From Patescibacteria group bacterium (lineage in GTDB: Bacteria > Patescibacteriota > WWE3 > UBA101185 > UBA10185), in contig BPJL01000009.1 in assembly GCA_026004595.1 (NCBI GenBank), positions 1 through 38,621 of the forward strand: DNA of 38,621 nucleotides. Reading direction: 5' to 3'. The notes below the pieces were generated by a model. The model ran no database searches. It was not told where the DNA came from and saw only the letters and a list, made by a program, of their open reading frames with translations. How positions within the stretch are numbered: position 1 is the stretch's first letter; each line of letters opens with the position of its first letter. Shown here piece after piece: positions 1 to 8,141 of this stretch. The position numbers were made by a program, and so were the translations under genes.

Positions 1-20
1 GAAAAAGAATTAAACCAAAA

Positions 21-456
21 ATGAAAAAAAGAAAAGAAAACTAAAAATAACACTTACTATTGTGAGGAGTGTGGCAGCAAGCTAAAGAAAGAATTGGTGG
101 GGGCTGAAAAATATACGGATTATATTGATGAATTTGTAACTATAAGGTATGAGAAATATGATATGAAGACAGGAAAAAGGCAATATGTGTGGAAATATAC
201 CTGTCCTAAAAAGAGATGGTGGAATAATCATTCGTCTTTTATGGCGGGGGTTGTAATGAAAAAAGAAAATAAAACTAAAACATCTAAAAAGTATTATACT
301 TTCAAAAAACACCTAAAAGAGAGCTTGAAAGATAAAAAATTCAGAAAGGTATGGAAACGACAATCCTTAAAAGAATTTGAGAAATGGCTCAACGAAGAAG
401 ACAGGGAAAACTGGGAAATTCTAAGGTATGTTGAAGGTTTACTTGGCAAAGGCTAA
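21..456 (+). CDS. hypothetical protein with N-terminal CxxC (YYCEECGSKL); frame break near the start
   Basis: ORF 94-456 stays open in frame back to nt 25 (KKEKKTKNNTYYCEECGSKL) without an ATG. The ATG at 21 joins it if one A is removed from the A7 run at 24-30. Confidence 0.4.
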
Positions 457-484
457 AAGAATTTTTTAACCCTTTTGAAATAAA

Positions 485-733
485 ATGACTTATAAACCGA
501 AAATCACAAGGAAAGTAATGATTTTTGACCTTGAAAAACCAATCTATGGCAGTGCTTATGCTATTTGGGATAAATGGCTAAAGATTGCAAAAGAAAAAAA
601 GCTAAAATTGGTGATAAACACTCAGTTTGGTACTGCCACCTTTGAGAGTGCTAATGAATATCTAAAAAACGCCAAGAAGATTGAAAGGTATTACAAAAAC
701 CCAAACGAGCCAATGGTTTTTTTGGCAACTTGA
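485..733 (+). CDS. hypothetical protein
   Basis: 82-aa ATG-initiated ORF on the coding strand. No motif recognised. Confidence 0.45.
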   Translation: MTYKPKITRKVMIFDLEKPIYGSAYAIWDKWLKIAKEKKLKLVINTQFGTATFESANEYLKNAKKIERYYKNPNEPMVFLAT

Positions 734-897
734 TTTTTTGCCTTTTATAAAGGAAAGGAAAAAAAGAAAGAAGTTGGAAAGAAAGACTTGAAGATGCTAG
801 TATGCCACTTGAGACAAAGTTGAAATTGAGGGATAAAATAATAAGAGAAAACCCAGATTTGGCAAAAAAGCTAGCACTTTTGTAAATTGTTGTTTTT

Positions 898-1144
898 GGG
901 GTGGGAAGGCAAAGGTAGTGAGAGACGAGCAAGCTGTTCTCTCTGCAACACACTCGCCTGACCCTGAAAAGGGGTGGCGAAGGAAATGCGAACCTTTACC
1001 CTGCTTGCTCCCACCTCAAAAACAACAATTCTTTCTCTGCGAGGCGGTTTGGATTGGGTCACGCCTTTCTGAACCGTTTTTGAGGCGGTCTTGGCTTTGG
1101 GTGAGGGCAGACACCTTGCGAGCTAGCCACGAACTGCCTCGTGG
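898..1144 (+). ncRNA. GC-rich structured RNA / cis-regulatory leader candidate (class unknown)
   Basis: GC-rich island in an AT-rich genome. Closing helix 898-906/1009-1017 plus 911-916/992-997. Hairpins at 920-943 and 955-979 (GAAAA loop). Terminator-like stem 1045-1076 followed by U5. Hairpin 1127-1144 abuts the SD of the next gene. The peptides predicted from it look like nonsense. Confidence 0.45.
1045..1081 (+). terminator. intrinsic terminator / attenuator-like hairpin inside the GC-rich leader
   Basis: CGGUUUGGA (1045-1053) pairs with UCUGAACCG (1068-1076): 9 bp including 2 G-U pairs, 14-nt loop, then T5 (1077-1081). The loop CGCCU (1062-1066) can instead pair with AGGCG at 1042-1046 or 1083-1087. 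Confidence 0.4.
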
Positions 1145-1151
1145 GGGAAGA

Positions 1152-1460
1152 ATGGGAAAATTCCAAAGAAACAAAGGAGCAAGTAACGAAAGGGAGGCCT
1201 GTAGAATGTGGCGTGAGATTGGCTACCCAGAAGCCCGAAGAAAACTATCCCAATACCAAGAAAGGTGCGGAGTGGATTTGGAGAACACGGGAAACTTCAA
1301 AGTGCAGGTGAAAAGCGGAAAAAGGATTGATGTTTGGAAAGCCTTGCAGGAAGCCGAAAAAGAAAGCAAAGCAGGTGATATGCCTTTGGTGATGGCTAAA
1401 AAAGACAGATTTGGTTGGATTGTTGTTTTGAATTGGATTGATTTTGTAAAATTTTTTTAG
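1152..1460 (+). CDS. PD-(D/E)XK nuclease, Hjc-like Holliday junction resolvase candidate
   Basis: MGKFQRNKGASNEREACRMWREIGY...GVDLENTGNFKVQVKSGKR. The KG..ERE / D / QxK spacing resembles archaeal-type Hjc resolvases. ATG at 1152 follows the purine-rich GGGGGAAG. The upstream in-frame extension from 918 was rejected. Confidence 0.55.
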   Translation: MGKFQRNKGASNEREACRMWREIGYPEARRKLSQYQERCGVDLENTGNFKVQVKSGKRIDVWKALQEAEKESKAGDMPLVMAKKDRFGWIVVLNWIDFVKFF

Positions 1461-1526
1461 GAAAATTGTTGATTGTGTGTAGACAGTCCTAAAAGCAACA
1501 AAAATGAAAAAGGGGAGGTGATAAAA

Positions 1527-1682
1527 ATGGTGAATAAAATCATAGCTTGGACTTGGCTGGTATTATCTATTTTAGTGGTTCTCTTTCTTTTGATAGAACC
1601 GCAAGAATACCTTTTATTTTCTTTGTTCTACTTTGTCGGGATAGTTTATATTATCGTCAAGTATCTGGAAATCCTAAAGTAA
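1527..1682 (+). CDS. small membrane protein
   Basis: Strong SD GGGGAGGTGA sits 6 nt before ATG 1527. Two hydrophobic helices (IIAWTWLVLSILVVLFLL, LFSLFYFVGIVYIIV). Confidence 0.5.
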   Translation: MVNKIIAWTWLVLSILVVLFLLIEPQEYLLFSLFYFVGIVYIIVKYLEILK

Positions 1683-1683
1683 T

Positions 1684-1959
1684 ATGATTGGATTGTTTGT
1701 TTTTACTAGGATTTTGGATTTGGTCTCAACGGCTATTTGTTTTTATGCTTTTAGATTGTCGGAGATAAATCCTACCAGTCTTTTTTTCCTTGAAAAAGGA
1801 TTAGCATTTTTTATATCTCAGCAGATTTTAATGGCTTTGATTTTTGTTTTTCTTTCAAACAAATTTAGGTTGGTCAGATTGGGGGTTGTAGCTTTTACCT
1901 TTTTATCAATTCCGATAGTGGCAATGAATTGGATATTGGTGTTCCTAAATATTATTTAG
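1684..1959 (+). CDS. membrane protein (about 3 TM segments)
   Basis: 91-aa ORF tightly coupled to the previous gene and strongly hydrophobic throughout. Confidence 0.5.
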   Translation: MIGLFVFTRILDLVSTAICFYAFRLSEINPTSLFFLEKGLAFFISQQILMALIFVFLSNKFRLVRLGVVAFTFLSIPIVAMNWILVFLNII

Positions 1960-1971
1960 TGTGGTAGAAGG

Positions 1972-1991
1972 TGATAGAATAATGATAGAAT
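1972..1991 (+). promoter_or_regulatory. tandem extended -10 elements (TGATAGAAT x2) upstream of terS
   Basis: gTGaTAGAAT at 1972-1980 and aTGaTAGAAT at 1983-1991. The second hexamer ends 7 nt before ATG 1999, and there is no SD. Confidence 0.4.
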
Positions 1992-1998
1992 ATAGAAT

Positions 1999-2385
1999 AT
2001 GGGAAAAAATCTGACTGCCAAACTTCCAAACACCCCGAAATTCAAGGAATGGGTTAGACTCTATTTTGACCGAAACAACAAAGAAACTTTTTTAAATGCG
2101 ACACAAGCCGCAATGAGAGTATATGACGCCACTTATGAGTCGGCTCAAACTATAGGCTGGGAGAACTTGCGAAAACTTGAGAGGGCAAGTGCAAAAATTC
2201 TTGAGAGTATGGGAATGACATTCCCTGAACTTCTGAAACTGGGACTAAAAAAAGTAAGCGAGGGAACATATTCAGATTGGGACAAATTTATGGAGCGGTT
2301 AGGATATTTTGACAGGCAACAGGAAGGAACAACTGTAAACGTTGGAGTTTTTAATTTGGTAAAGGATAAATATGGAGAATTTTAA
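1999..2385 (+). CDS. terS: terminase small subunit candidate
   Basis: 128 aa. The FLNATQAAMRVYDATYESAQTIGWENLRK segment resembles the HTH region of small terminases. It lies upstream of the large terminase. Confidence 0.55.
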   Translation: MGKNLTAKLPNTPKFKEWVRLYFDRNNKETFLNATQAAMRVYDATYESAQTIGWENLRKLERASAKILESMGMTFPELLKLGLKKVSEGTYSDWDKFMERLGYFDRQQEGTTVNVGVFNLVKDKYGEF

Positions 2386-3615
2386 AACATACTGGCCGAT
2401 TGAAAAACTAAAAGAATGGGATAAAAATCCCAGAACAATCTCAAAAGAGAATTTTGATAGACTAAAAGCTCAAATTAAGGAGGTTAGGGGAGTATAAGCC
2501 TCTTATTATAACCGAAGACGGCACTGTTTTAGGTGGGAATATGCGATTGAAAGCGTATAGGGAGTTAGGATTTAAAAAGTGTTGGGTATCAATAGTGAAA
2601 GCCGAGACAGAAGAGGAAAAAATAAAATATGCTTTATCTGATAACGACCAATTAGGAGAATATCAAAAAGATGATTTAGCTAATTTAATAGGTAGTATCC
2701 CCGATTTAGATTTGTCAAACTACACAATAAATTTAGGAACTTCAACAGTTATTCAAGATTTGTTAGATGAGTTTAAGGAAGTTGTTGAGGATGAAGTGCC
2801 GGAGGCAGAGGAAGGCGAACCAAAGAGTAAATTAGGAGAGGTTTATCAGTTAGGAAGACATAGACTAATGTGTGGAGACGCAACAAAAAAAGAGGATGTA
2901 GAAAAGTTGATGGGTGGAAAAAAAAGCAGATATGGTGCTTACTGATCCTCCTTATGGAGTAAGTTATGGAGACAAAAATGAATTCTTAAATGCTATTGAT
3001 CGTGGTAATAGAATACAAAAAAATTTACCCAATGATACTAAAAGTGTAAAAGAAATGAAAGATTTATGGACTCGTGCTTTTGTAAATCTTAATTTAGTTA
3101 CTAAAGAGGGAGGGTGTTATTATGGGTGTTCACCTCAAGGTGGGGAATTAATGATGATGATGATGATGAGCTGGTTGGAAGCAGGTTGGGAATTGAAACA
3201 ACAAATTATATGGGTTAAAAATAATATTGTTTTAGGCAGGAGCGATTATCATTATAAGCACGAACCTATTTTATATGGCTGGAAAACCGGGAAAGCCCAT
3301 CGGTTTTATGGAGGAAAAGGCGAAAATACTGTATGGGAAATAGATAAACCTCAAGTTAGTGATTTACATCCCACTATGAAACCCATAGCTCTTTGTGCAA
3401 GAGCAATAAAAAATAGCAGTAAGGAAGGGGATATAATTGTTGACACTTTCGGTGGTTCAGGCTCGACCCTCATCGCCTGTGAACAAACAAACCGCATTTG
3501 CAATATGATGGAGCTTGATCCTTACTATTGCGATGTTATTCGCAAAAGATGGTGGAAGTTTGTTAATAACGGTTCAGAGGAAGGGTGGGAAGAAAATACT
3601 CCTAAAATCCTATGA
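2372..3615 (+). CDS. ParB-like N-terminal domain fused to DNA N6-adenine/N4-cytosine methyltransferase (two frame breaks)
   Basis: ParB-like KPLIITEDGTVLGGNMRLKAY. Catalytic ADMVLTDPPYG is restored by dropping one A from the A8 run 2918-2925. SAM motif DTFGGSGSTLIA. First break lies near the G4 run 2487-2490. ATG at 2372. Confidence 0.85.
3151..3168 (+). repeat. (ATG)6 microsatellite encoding Met6 inside the methyltransferase
   Basis: atgatgatgatgatgatg, in frame with ORF 2914-3615 (GGELMMMMMMSWLEAGW). Confidence 0.9.
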
Positions 3616-4433
3616 AAAACGCTCAAAAGTATCTTAACTTTATAAAAGACAACTTTCTCATTGTTACCAAAGACGGAGAAATTAAGAGATTTGATGAAAC
3701 CGAAAACCACTGGAGGATTCAATCAAAGTTTATTTTAGAAGATGCTACAGGAAGGGATACTATCTTGAAAGCGAGGCAGATGGGACTTTCTAGTGTTATC
3801 CTTGCTTTATTTGCAGTTGATTTTATTGCTAAACCTAACTCTTACTCGATGGTGGTAGCAGATAAGTCTGATAATGCTGAGGATTTGTTAGCCCGAGTCA
3901 AATTCTACCTTAAAAGCTTTGAAGAAAAAAATAAAGTTAAATTGCTTTTAAAATACAACTCAAAGTATGAACTTTACAATGAGGAAATCAACTCAACCTA
4001 CAAAATAGGAACCGCAGAAAATAGAGAGGTGGGTAGATCTAAATCAATTTTTAACTTGCACCTTAGCGAATTTGCCTTCTACCCCGACCCAGAAGCTGTC
4101 TTACGATCTGCTCTTCAGGCGGTTGTTCCTAGAGGAAAGATTTTTATTGAAACTACCGCCAACGGTTTCAATTTCTTTAAAACCTTTTGGGAAGAATGCA
4201 AACAGGGGTTAAGAGACTTTAATCCGATTTTCTATGGTGCAAGCCAGTTTTACTCTAAAGAGTTTTTAGAAAGAAAGAAAAAAGAGTTGAAAGGGTATTA
4301 TTTGCAAGAGTATCCGGACTCTGATATTGAGAGCTTTATTGCCTCAGGTGAACTTTATTTTGCCAAAGAAAGCCTGAAGTGGTATTTGGACAATGTTAGA
4401 GAACCGATTAAAGAGGGGGTGATTTATATATGA
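3612..4433 (+). CDS. terL: large terminase, ATPase domain only (split gene, part 1)
   Basis: Walker A-like ILKARQMGLSS, Walker B-like IFNLHLSEFAF, and ETTANG. It stops at the expected interdomain linker (EPIKEGVIYI*). Confidence 0.8.
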   Translation: MKNAQKYLNFIKDNFLIVTKDGEIKRFDETENHWRIQSKFILEDATGRDTILKARQMGLSSVILALFAVDFIAKPNSYSMVVADKSDNAEDLLARVKFYLKSFEEKNKVKLLLKYNSKYELYNEEINSTYKIGTAENREVGRSKSIFNLHLSEFAFYPDPEAVLRSALQAVVPRGKIFIETTANGFNFFKTFWEECKQGLRDFNPIFYGASQFYSKEFLERKKKELKGYYLQEYPDSDIESFIASGELYFAKESLKWYLDNVREPIKEGVIYI

Positions 4434-4771
4434 GAACAAGGAAGGACACGATAGAGCTGGTTGAGATTTTAGCAGAATTGGAACACGAGCAATGGAAGGC
4501 ATGGGCAGACCATTTTCTTGATAAGGTTTACCGCCAAAATCCACCTGATTATGAGAGTATTAAAAGATGGGAGAGGCAGATTGAAACTCCCTATAAAAAA
4601 TTGACGGAGGAGGAAAAGGACAAAGATAGAGAATGGGCGTGGAAAATACTTAAAAAATTATTGTTGGTGTCTGATAGAAATGGAAACGTTTGGGTAAACA
4701 CAGACAAGCCAGTAAATGTTAGTCTTTTGAAAAAAATTATTAAATGTGTAGAAAGCCTTTTGAATTATTGA
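4430..4771 (+). CDS. hypothetical protein embedded between the terminase halves; RyR-domain-like pattern
   Basis: ATGA overlap with the upstream stop, and its stop lies 1 nt before the next ATG. ILAELEHEQWKAWA...TPYKKLTEEEKDKDREWAWKIL resembles the RyR-repeat pattern (AExxHExW ... PYxxLxEEEKxxDR). This match is from memory. Confidence 0.45.
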   Translation: MRTRKDTIELVEILAELEHEQWKAWADHFLDKVYRQNPPDYESIKRWERQIETPYKKLTEEEKDKDREWAWKILKKLLLVSDRNGNVWVNTDKPVNVSLLKKIIKCVESLLNY

Positions 4772-4772
4772 T

Positions 4773-5426
4773 ATGTTTAAACAATACAGAAAAATAGAAA
4801 AAGGGGAGTTTATCGTTGTTGGAGTCGATACCGCAGCAGGCGGGAATGATTTTACTGCGGCTCAATTCCTCTCCAAGACAAAAGTAGATGTTCCCCTTGT
4901 TTATCATTCAAGAATAATAACCACCGAGTTCACAAATCAGCTCGTGCCTGTTTTGGAAAGAATTTTTGACGAGACGGGGGTAAAACCTGTTGTTGCTTAC
5001 GAGAGAAACAATGGCGGAGCTTTTGAGATGGATAGGTTGGCGGCTATGAACAGGCTTAATAAATATGAGATTTTCAAGATGCCCTCGTTTGGAAGAGAAA
5101 ATCCTCCAGATGCAATACAATACGGTTGGACTACCTCTACCGCTACAAGACCCAAGATGTTACAAGACTTGAAAAATGCGGTTGATAATAGGGTATTAAC
5201 AATTTATGATAGGGAAACTATTAACGAGATGTTTTCTTTTATTATTAGCCAAACCTCTTCTTCTTGGAAAGCCCAAGCCGAGAAAAACGCAAAAGACGAC
5301 TTGGTTATGAGTCTTGGAATTGCATATCAGCTTTATCAGCTTTGTGAAGCACCGAAGGAGAGTGTGGTTAATGTAGATGAGATTGTAGAAAGGAATAAAT
5401 TCCTTGCCCAAAAATGGCAGATGTAA
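4773..5426 (+). CDS. terL: large terminase, RNase H-like nuclease domain only (split gene, part 2)
   Basis: FIVVGVDTAAGGNDFTAAQF (first catalytic Asp), AYERNNGG, and KDDLVMSLGIAYQL. Same reading frame (0) as 3612-4433. Confidence 0.8.
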   Translation: MFKQYRKIEKGEFIVVGVDTAAGGNDFTAAQFLSKTKVDVPLVYHSRIITTEFTNQLVPVLERIFDETGVKPVVAYERNNGGAFEMDRLAAMNRLNKYEIFKMPSFGRENPPDAIQYGWTTSTATRPKMLQDLKNAVDNRVLTIYDRETINEMFSFIISQTSSSWKAQAEKNAKDDLVMSLGIAYQLYQLCEAPKESVVNVDEIVERNKFLAQKWQM

Positions 5427-5767
5427 GAGACATTTTTCCAACGCCTCCAATAACCAAGATGATGTATTCGTGGGCTAAATGGGGTGGTGGTAATTTTGGG
5501 TTAGTTAAAGAATATGGTGAATGGTTTTGCCAGATTTGTGGTGAAAGACAGACTCCTGATAGCCCTTCTTATATGTTCCCAGAGGATAGCTTTAGAGTAT
5601 CGTTTATTAGAATATGTCCTATATGTAAGGCTGAAATAGAAGCTACCCAAGCCCAAACCCTTGAGGAACTAAAAGGAATGTTAGAAGATGTTAAGAGAAA
5701 AATAGTAGAAAAAGAGATAAAAGCTGAAATATTTATTGTCAATTTGAAAACCAAACTAAAGCTATAA
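5414..5767 (+). CDS. hypothetical Zn-ribbon protein
   Basis: CQICGE...CPICKAE cysteine pairs. Its 3' end carries the promoter-like cassette for the portal gene. Confidence 0.5.
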   Translation: MADVRDIFPTPPITKMMYSWAKWGGGNFGLVKEYGEWFCQICGERQTPDSPSYMFPEDSFRVSFIRICPICKAEIEATQAQTLEELKGMLEDVKRKIVEKEIKAEIFIVNLKTKLKL

Positions 5768-5779
5768 CATAATTGAGGT
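5744..5779 (+). promoter_or_regulatory. late promoter-like cassette (copy 1), ends at the portal ATG
   Basis: TTGAAA(ACC) at 5744-5749, 18-nt spacer, CATAAT at 5768-5773, TGAGGT, then ATG 5780. Confidence 0.55.
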
Positions 5780-7764
5780 ATGGACGATCTTTTACCACAA
5801 CTTTTAGAAAGATATTCTTTTTGGACCCAGGATATTCAGACTAGAATTACCCGCAAAAACGGATGGAACGATGTAATGGATGCCTATTATGGTGTTCTTC
5901 CAGAGGACTGGCCTTTCAGAATGAAAATCGTTGACCCCCGAATTAGAACCATTTTGCAGGAAAAAAACTCAAGGCTTTTAGGTAATAGAATATCGGGAAG
6001 GGTGCTGCCGAGAGAAAACGGAGATACAATAAAAGCCAGAATTCACCAAGCAATACTAGATTATCAATGGGATAAGGTTAGCTATGGCGGCTCGATGCAA
6101 CAAAAACTTTCAATGGCAGACCTTAATACAAGATTATATGGCAGCCAGTTTGCCCTTGTTTTGTGGAGAGTAGAAAAAGATGAAGAAGACAAGATTGTTT
6201 ATGAAGGAAACGATTTACAATTATTGGACATTAGGGATTGCGGAATAGACCCTGCGGCTAAAAGTATTAGGGATGCTAAATGGTTTCAGGTAAGACAATG
6301 GGTTTATCTGGAGGATTTAGAAAAGCAACTTGATAGCAAAGGCAAACCAATTTTTAGGAATATTGACATAATTAGAAAAAATCTCAAAGATAAGGTATCA
6401 GACAAAAGGAACGATTACACTCCCAGAGTCAAGCAGATTAGGGGATTGGAGGATAGGCTTGGAATGGATAGGGAATTTCCAATGATTGAGATTGTGACCG
6501 AGTATAGAAAAGACAAATGGATAACCTTTTCCCCACAACACAGCGTAGTTTTAAGAGAAATAGAAAATCCTTATAATCACGGGGATATTCCTGTTGTTCA
6601 GCTTACCTACCACAGACTGGATGATGACCCAATCGGAGAAAGTGAGGTAGAGCCAGTAATTCCTTTGTGGAAGGCTTTGCAGGCACTAGTTAGCTCTTAT
6701 ATTGAAGAAGTATTGTTAAAGATGAGACCTCCATTGAAAGTCATACGGGGGTCTGCGGCGATTGAGACCATACTTTATTCCCCAGATGCTTTATGGCTCG
6801 TTGACAGACCAGATGCTATTACAGAAGTTGTCTCAAGCGGTAATTCTATTCAATACTTCCAGACAACTTATACCTCTCTTGTATCAGCTATAAACTCGGC
6901 AATGGGTGGTATGAGTATGGGAATATCTAATATTGACCCTAACGCCAACAAAAGAACGGCGACGGAGGTGAAAGCTTCTGTCAGACAGCAGACAACGGTA
7001 GACCAGAAAAACCTTGTCGATTTGTCAGATTTTATTAAGGATTTTGTGAGGATGTGGATATCAAATAACCAACAATTCTTATTTACTCAAGAAAAATCTT
7101 ATTATGTCCAAAAGATTATTGGAGTTGAAAATTACAATGTCTTTAGGAAAGCAGGATTTGATCAGACCATAATTCCCCCAGAGGTTGACCAACAGGTGGC
7201 AGACATTATAGCTCAAAACCCAGACATTACTGATTTTGAGATAGAGCAAATCAGAGAAGCGGGGAGAGTGCCAAAATATCCTGTTATCCTTAATCCCCAA
7301 AGAGAAAAAATCCTGAAAAAATCAAGGTTGAACCGAAACTAAAAGTGTCAGAACTTGGTAATGAGGCTGAAATCTATATTCTACCAGAAGACATTGAGGG
7401 GTCTTATGATTTTATCCCTGATGTTAGGGTGCTTTCAATTACAAGAGAAGATGAGAAAATTCAAGGAAGACAATCAGCACTGCAGATGTTGACCACAAAC
7501 CAAAATGTGCTACAATTGTTATCAAATGAAGGTTATGTTCCTAAAATTAAGGAAATTTTGGAAAGCGTTCTTGAAGATGCTGGATTACAAGATGCGGACA
7601 GGTTTTTTGAAAAAATAAATGCAAATCAAGGACAAAATCAGTTATCTCAAGTCCCAACTGGAGTTTTACCTAGCAATGGAGAGGCTTCAACACCTACCGG
7701 AATGGAAAAACTACCTTCTACCCTACCTAACAGCCAAATTCCAGAACAGTTGGCTCAAGCCTGA
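5780..7764 (+). CDS. portal protein candidate (one frame break)
   Basis: About 660 aa, directly after the terminase. ORF 5780-7342 continues in ORF 7345-7764 if one A is added to the A6 run 7305-7310 (..NPQREKNPEKIKVEPKLKVSELG..). The call rests on size and synteny. The 3' end is uncertain. Confidence 0.6.
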
Positions 7765-7924
7765 AGAATTCAAAACCCTTGAAGAATTTCATAAGGCTTA
7801 TGTCGAAGAAAGAGCAAGGGCTGTTGTTTTTAAAGAGATTGTTGATTTGGTGGAAAACGCTAAAAAGAATGCACTAGCGATTAGAAGGGAAATAAAAAAT
7901 GTCAAACAAGGACTCTCAATTTAG
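7619..7924 (+). CDS. hypothetical helical protein; start uncertain, overlaps the portal tail
   Basis: Frame-2 ORF (..PEWKNYLLPYLTAKFQNSWLKPEEFKTLEEFHKAYVEERARAVVFKEIVDL..). Both frames stay open over 7619-7764. Confidence 0.35.
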   Translation: MQIKDKISYLKSQLEFYLAMERLQHLPEWKNYLLPYLTAKFQNSWLKPEEFKTLEEFHKAYVEERARAVVFKEIVDLVENAKKNALAIRREIKNVKQGLSI

Positions 7925-8126
7925 CAAGTTTTATTTTGACCAGTTTAGGGGGAAAGACGGGGAGCCTGTTGGCAAGAAAGAAGAAATTAAATTCAAGAAA
8001 TGTAGCCACAAAAATGCTAAACTGGTTGTTGATGAAAGGGGAACGAGAATACAGTGTAGTTGCGGTGTTGGGTGGAATGGAAACGCTACCCAGTTGTCAA
8101 GAATTTTGAAGGACTTGACAAGTTAG
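7899..8126 (+). CDS. hypothetical small protein
   Basis: 75-aa ATG ORF preceded by an A-rich region. Contains CSHK...CSCG. Confidence 0.45.
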   Translation: MSNKDSQFSKFYFDQFRGKDGEPVGKKEEIKFKKCSHKNAKLVVDERGTRIQCSCGVGWNGNATQLSRILKDLTS

Positions 8127-8141
8127 CTTATAAATAAAGAT
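8106..8141 (+). promoter_or_regulatory. late promoter-like cassette (weakest copy), ends at the scaffold ATG
   Basis: TTGAAG at 8106-8111, 18-nt spacer, ATAAAT at 8130-8135, AAAGAT, then ATG 8142. Same 36-nt geometry as the other copies. Confidence 0.3.

Noticed and set aside
898-1017. tRNA, tmRNA, SRP RNA or a known riboswitch (TPP, c-di-GMP-I) identity for the GC-rich element.
   Set aside because: There is no T-loop (GTTCRA) or cloverleaf spacing. It is too short for tmRNA. It shows superficial GGGGUG / GUGAGAGA / ACCC / GAACCU resemblances to the TPP element but lacks the pyrophosphate-sensor helix consensus and the right motif order. GCAAAGG resembles GEMM-I, but the hairpins are in the wrong order.
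918-1151. N-terminal 78-codon extension of ORF 918-1460 as real coding sequence (and antisense ORF 871-1062).
   Set aside because: The peptide composition looks like nonsense (..LPCLLPPQKQQFFLCEAVWIGSRLSEPFLRRSWLWVRAD..). The frame is open only because the stretch is GC-rich. The recognisable nuclease starts at ATG 1152, behind a purine-rich SD. The region folds into extensive helices.
2487-2945. Programmed +1 frameshifting at stop codons (Euplotes-like), since nearly all breaks are +1.
   Set aside because: The canonical ADMVLTDPPY motif is only recovered if the shift happens at the A8 run 2918-2925, well upstream of the stop at 2943-2945. Other shift points likewise sit at short homopolymers inside the ORFs, not at the stops.
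4434-4772. Group I/II intron or intein interrupting terL.
   Set aside because: The insert is AT-rich and fully occupied by a frame-2 ORF with tight start/stop coupling. There are no conserved intron helices and no intein blocks (no Cys/Ser-1 ... HN-Cys junction). It remains formally untested, as noted in the findings.
7769-7802. An eighth copy of the late cassette (TTCAAAACCC...CATAAG...ATG).
   Set aside because: The spacer is 15 nt rather than 18. The -35 and -10 are degenerate. The ATG at 7800 is out of frame with the surrounding ORF. It lies mid-gene.
8115-8120. Other TTGACA hexamers (8115, about 11768, about 12446, about 24675, about 36318, about 36467) as promoters.
   Set aside because: No acceptable -10 lies at 16-19 nt. 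All of them sit inside coding sequence.
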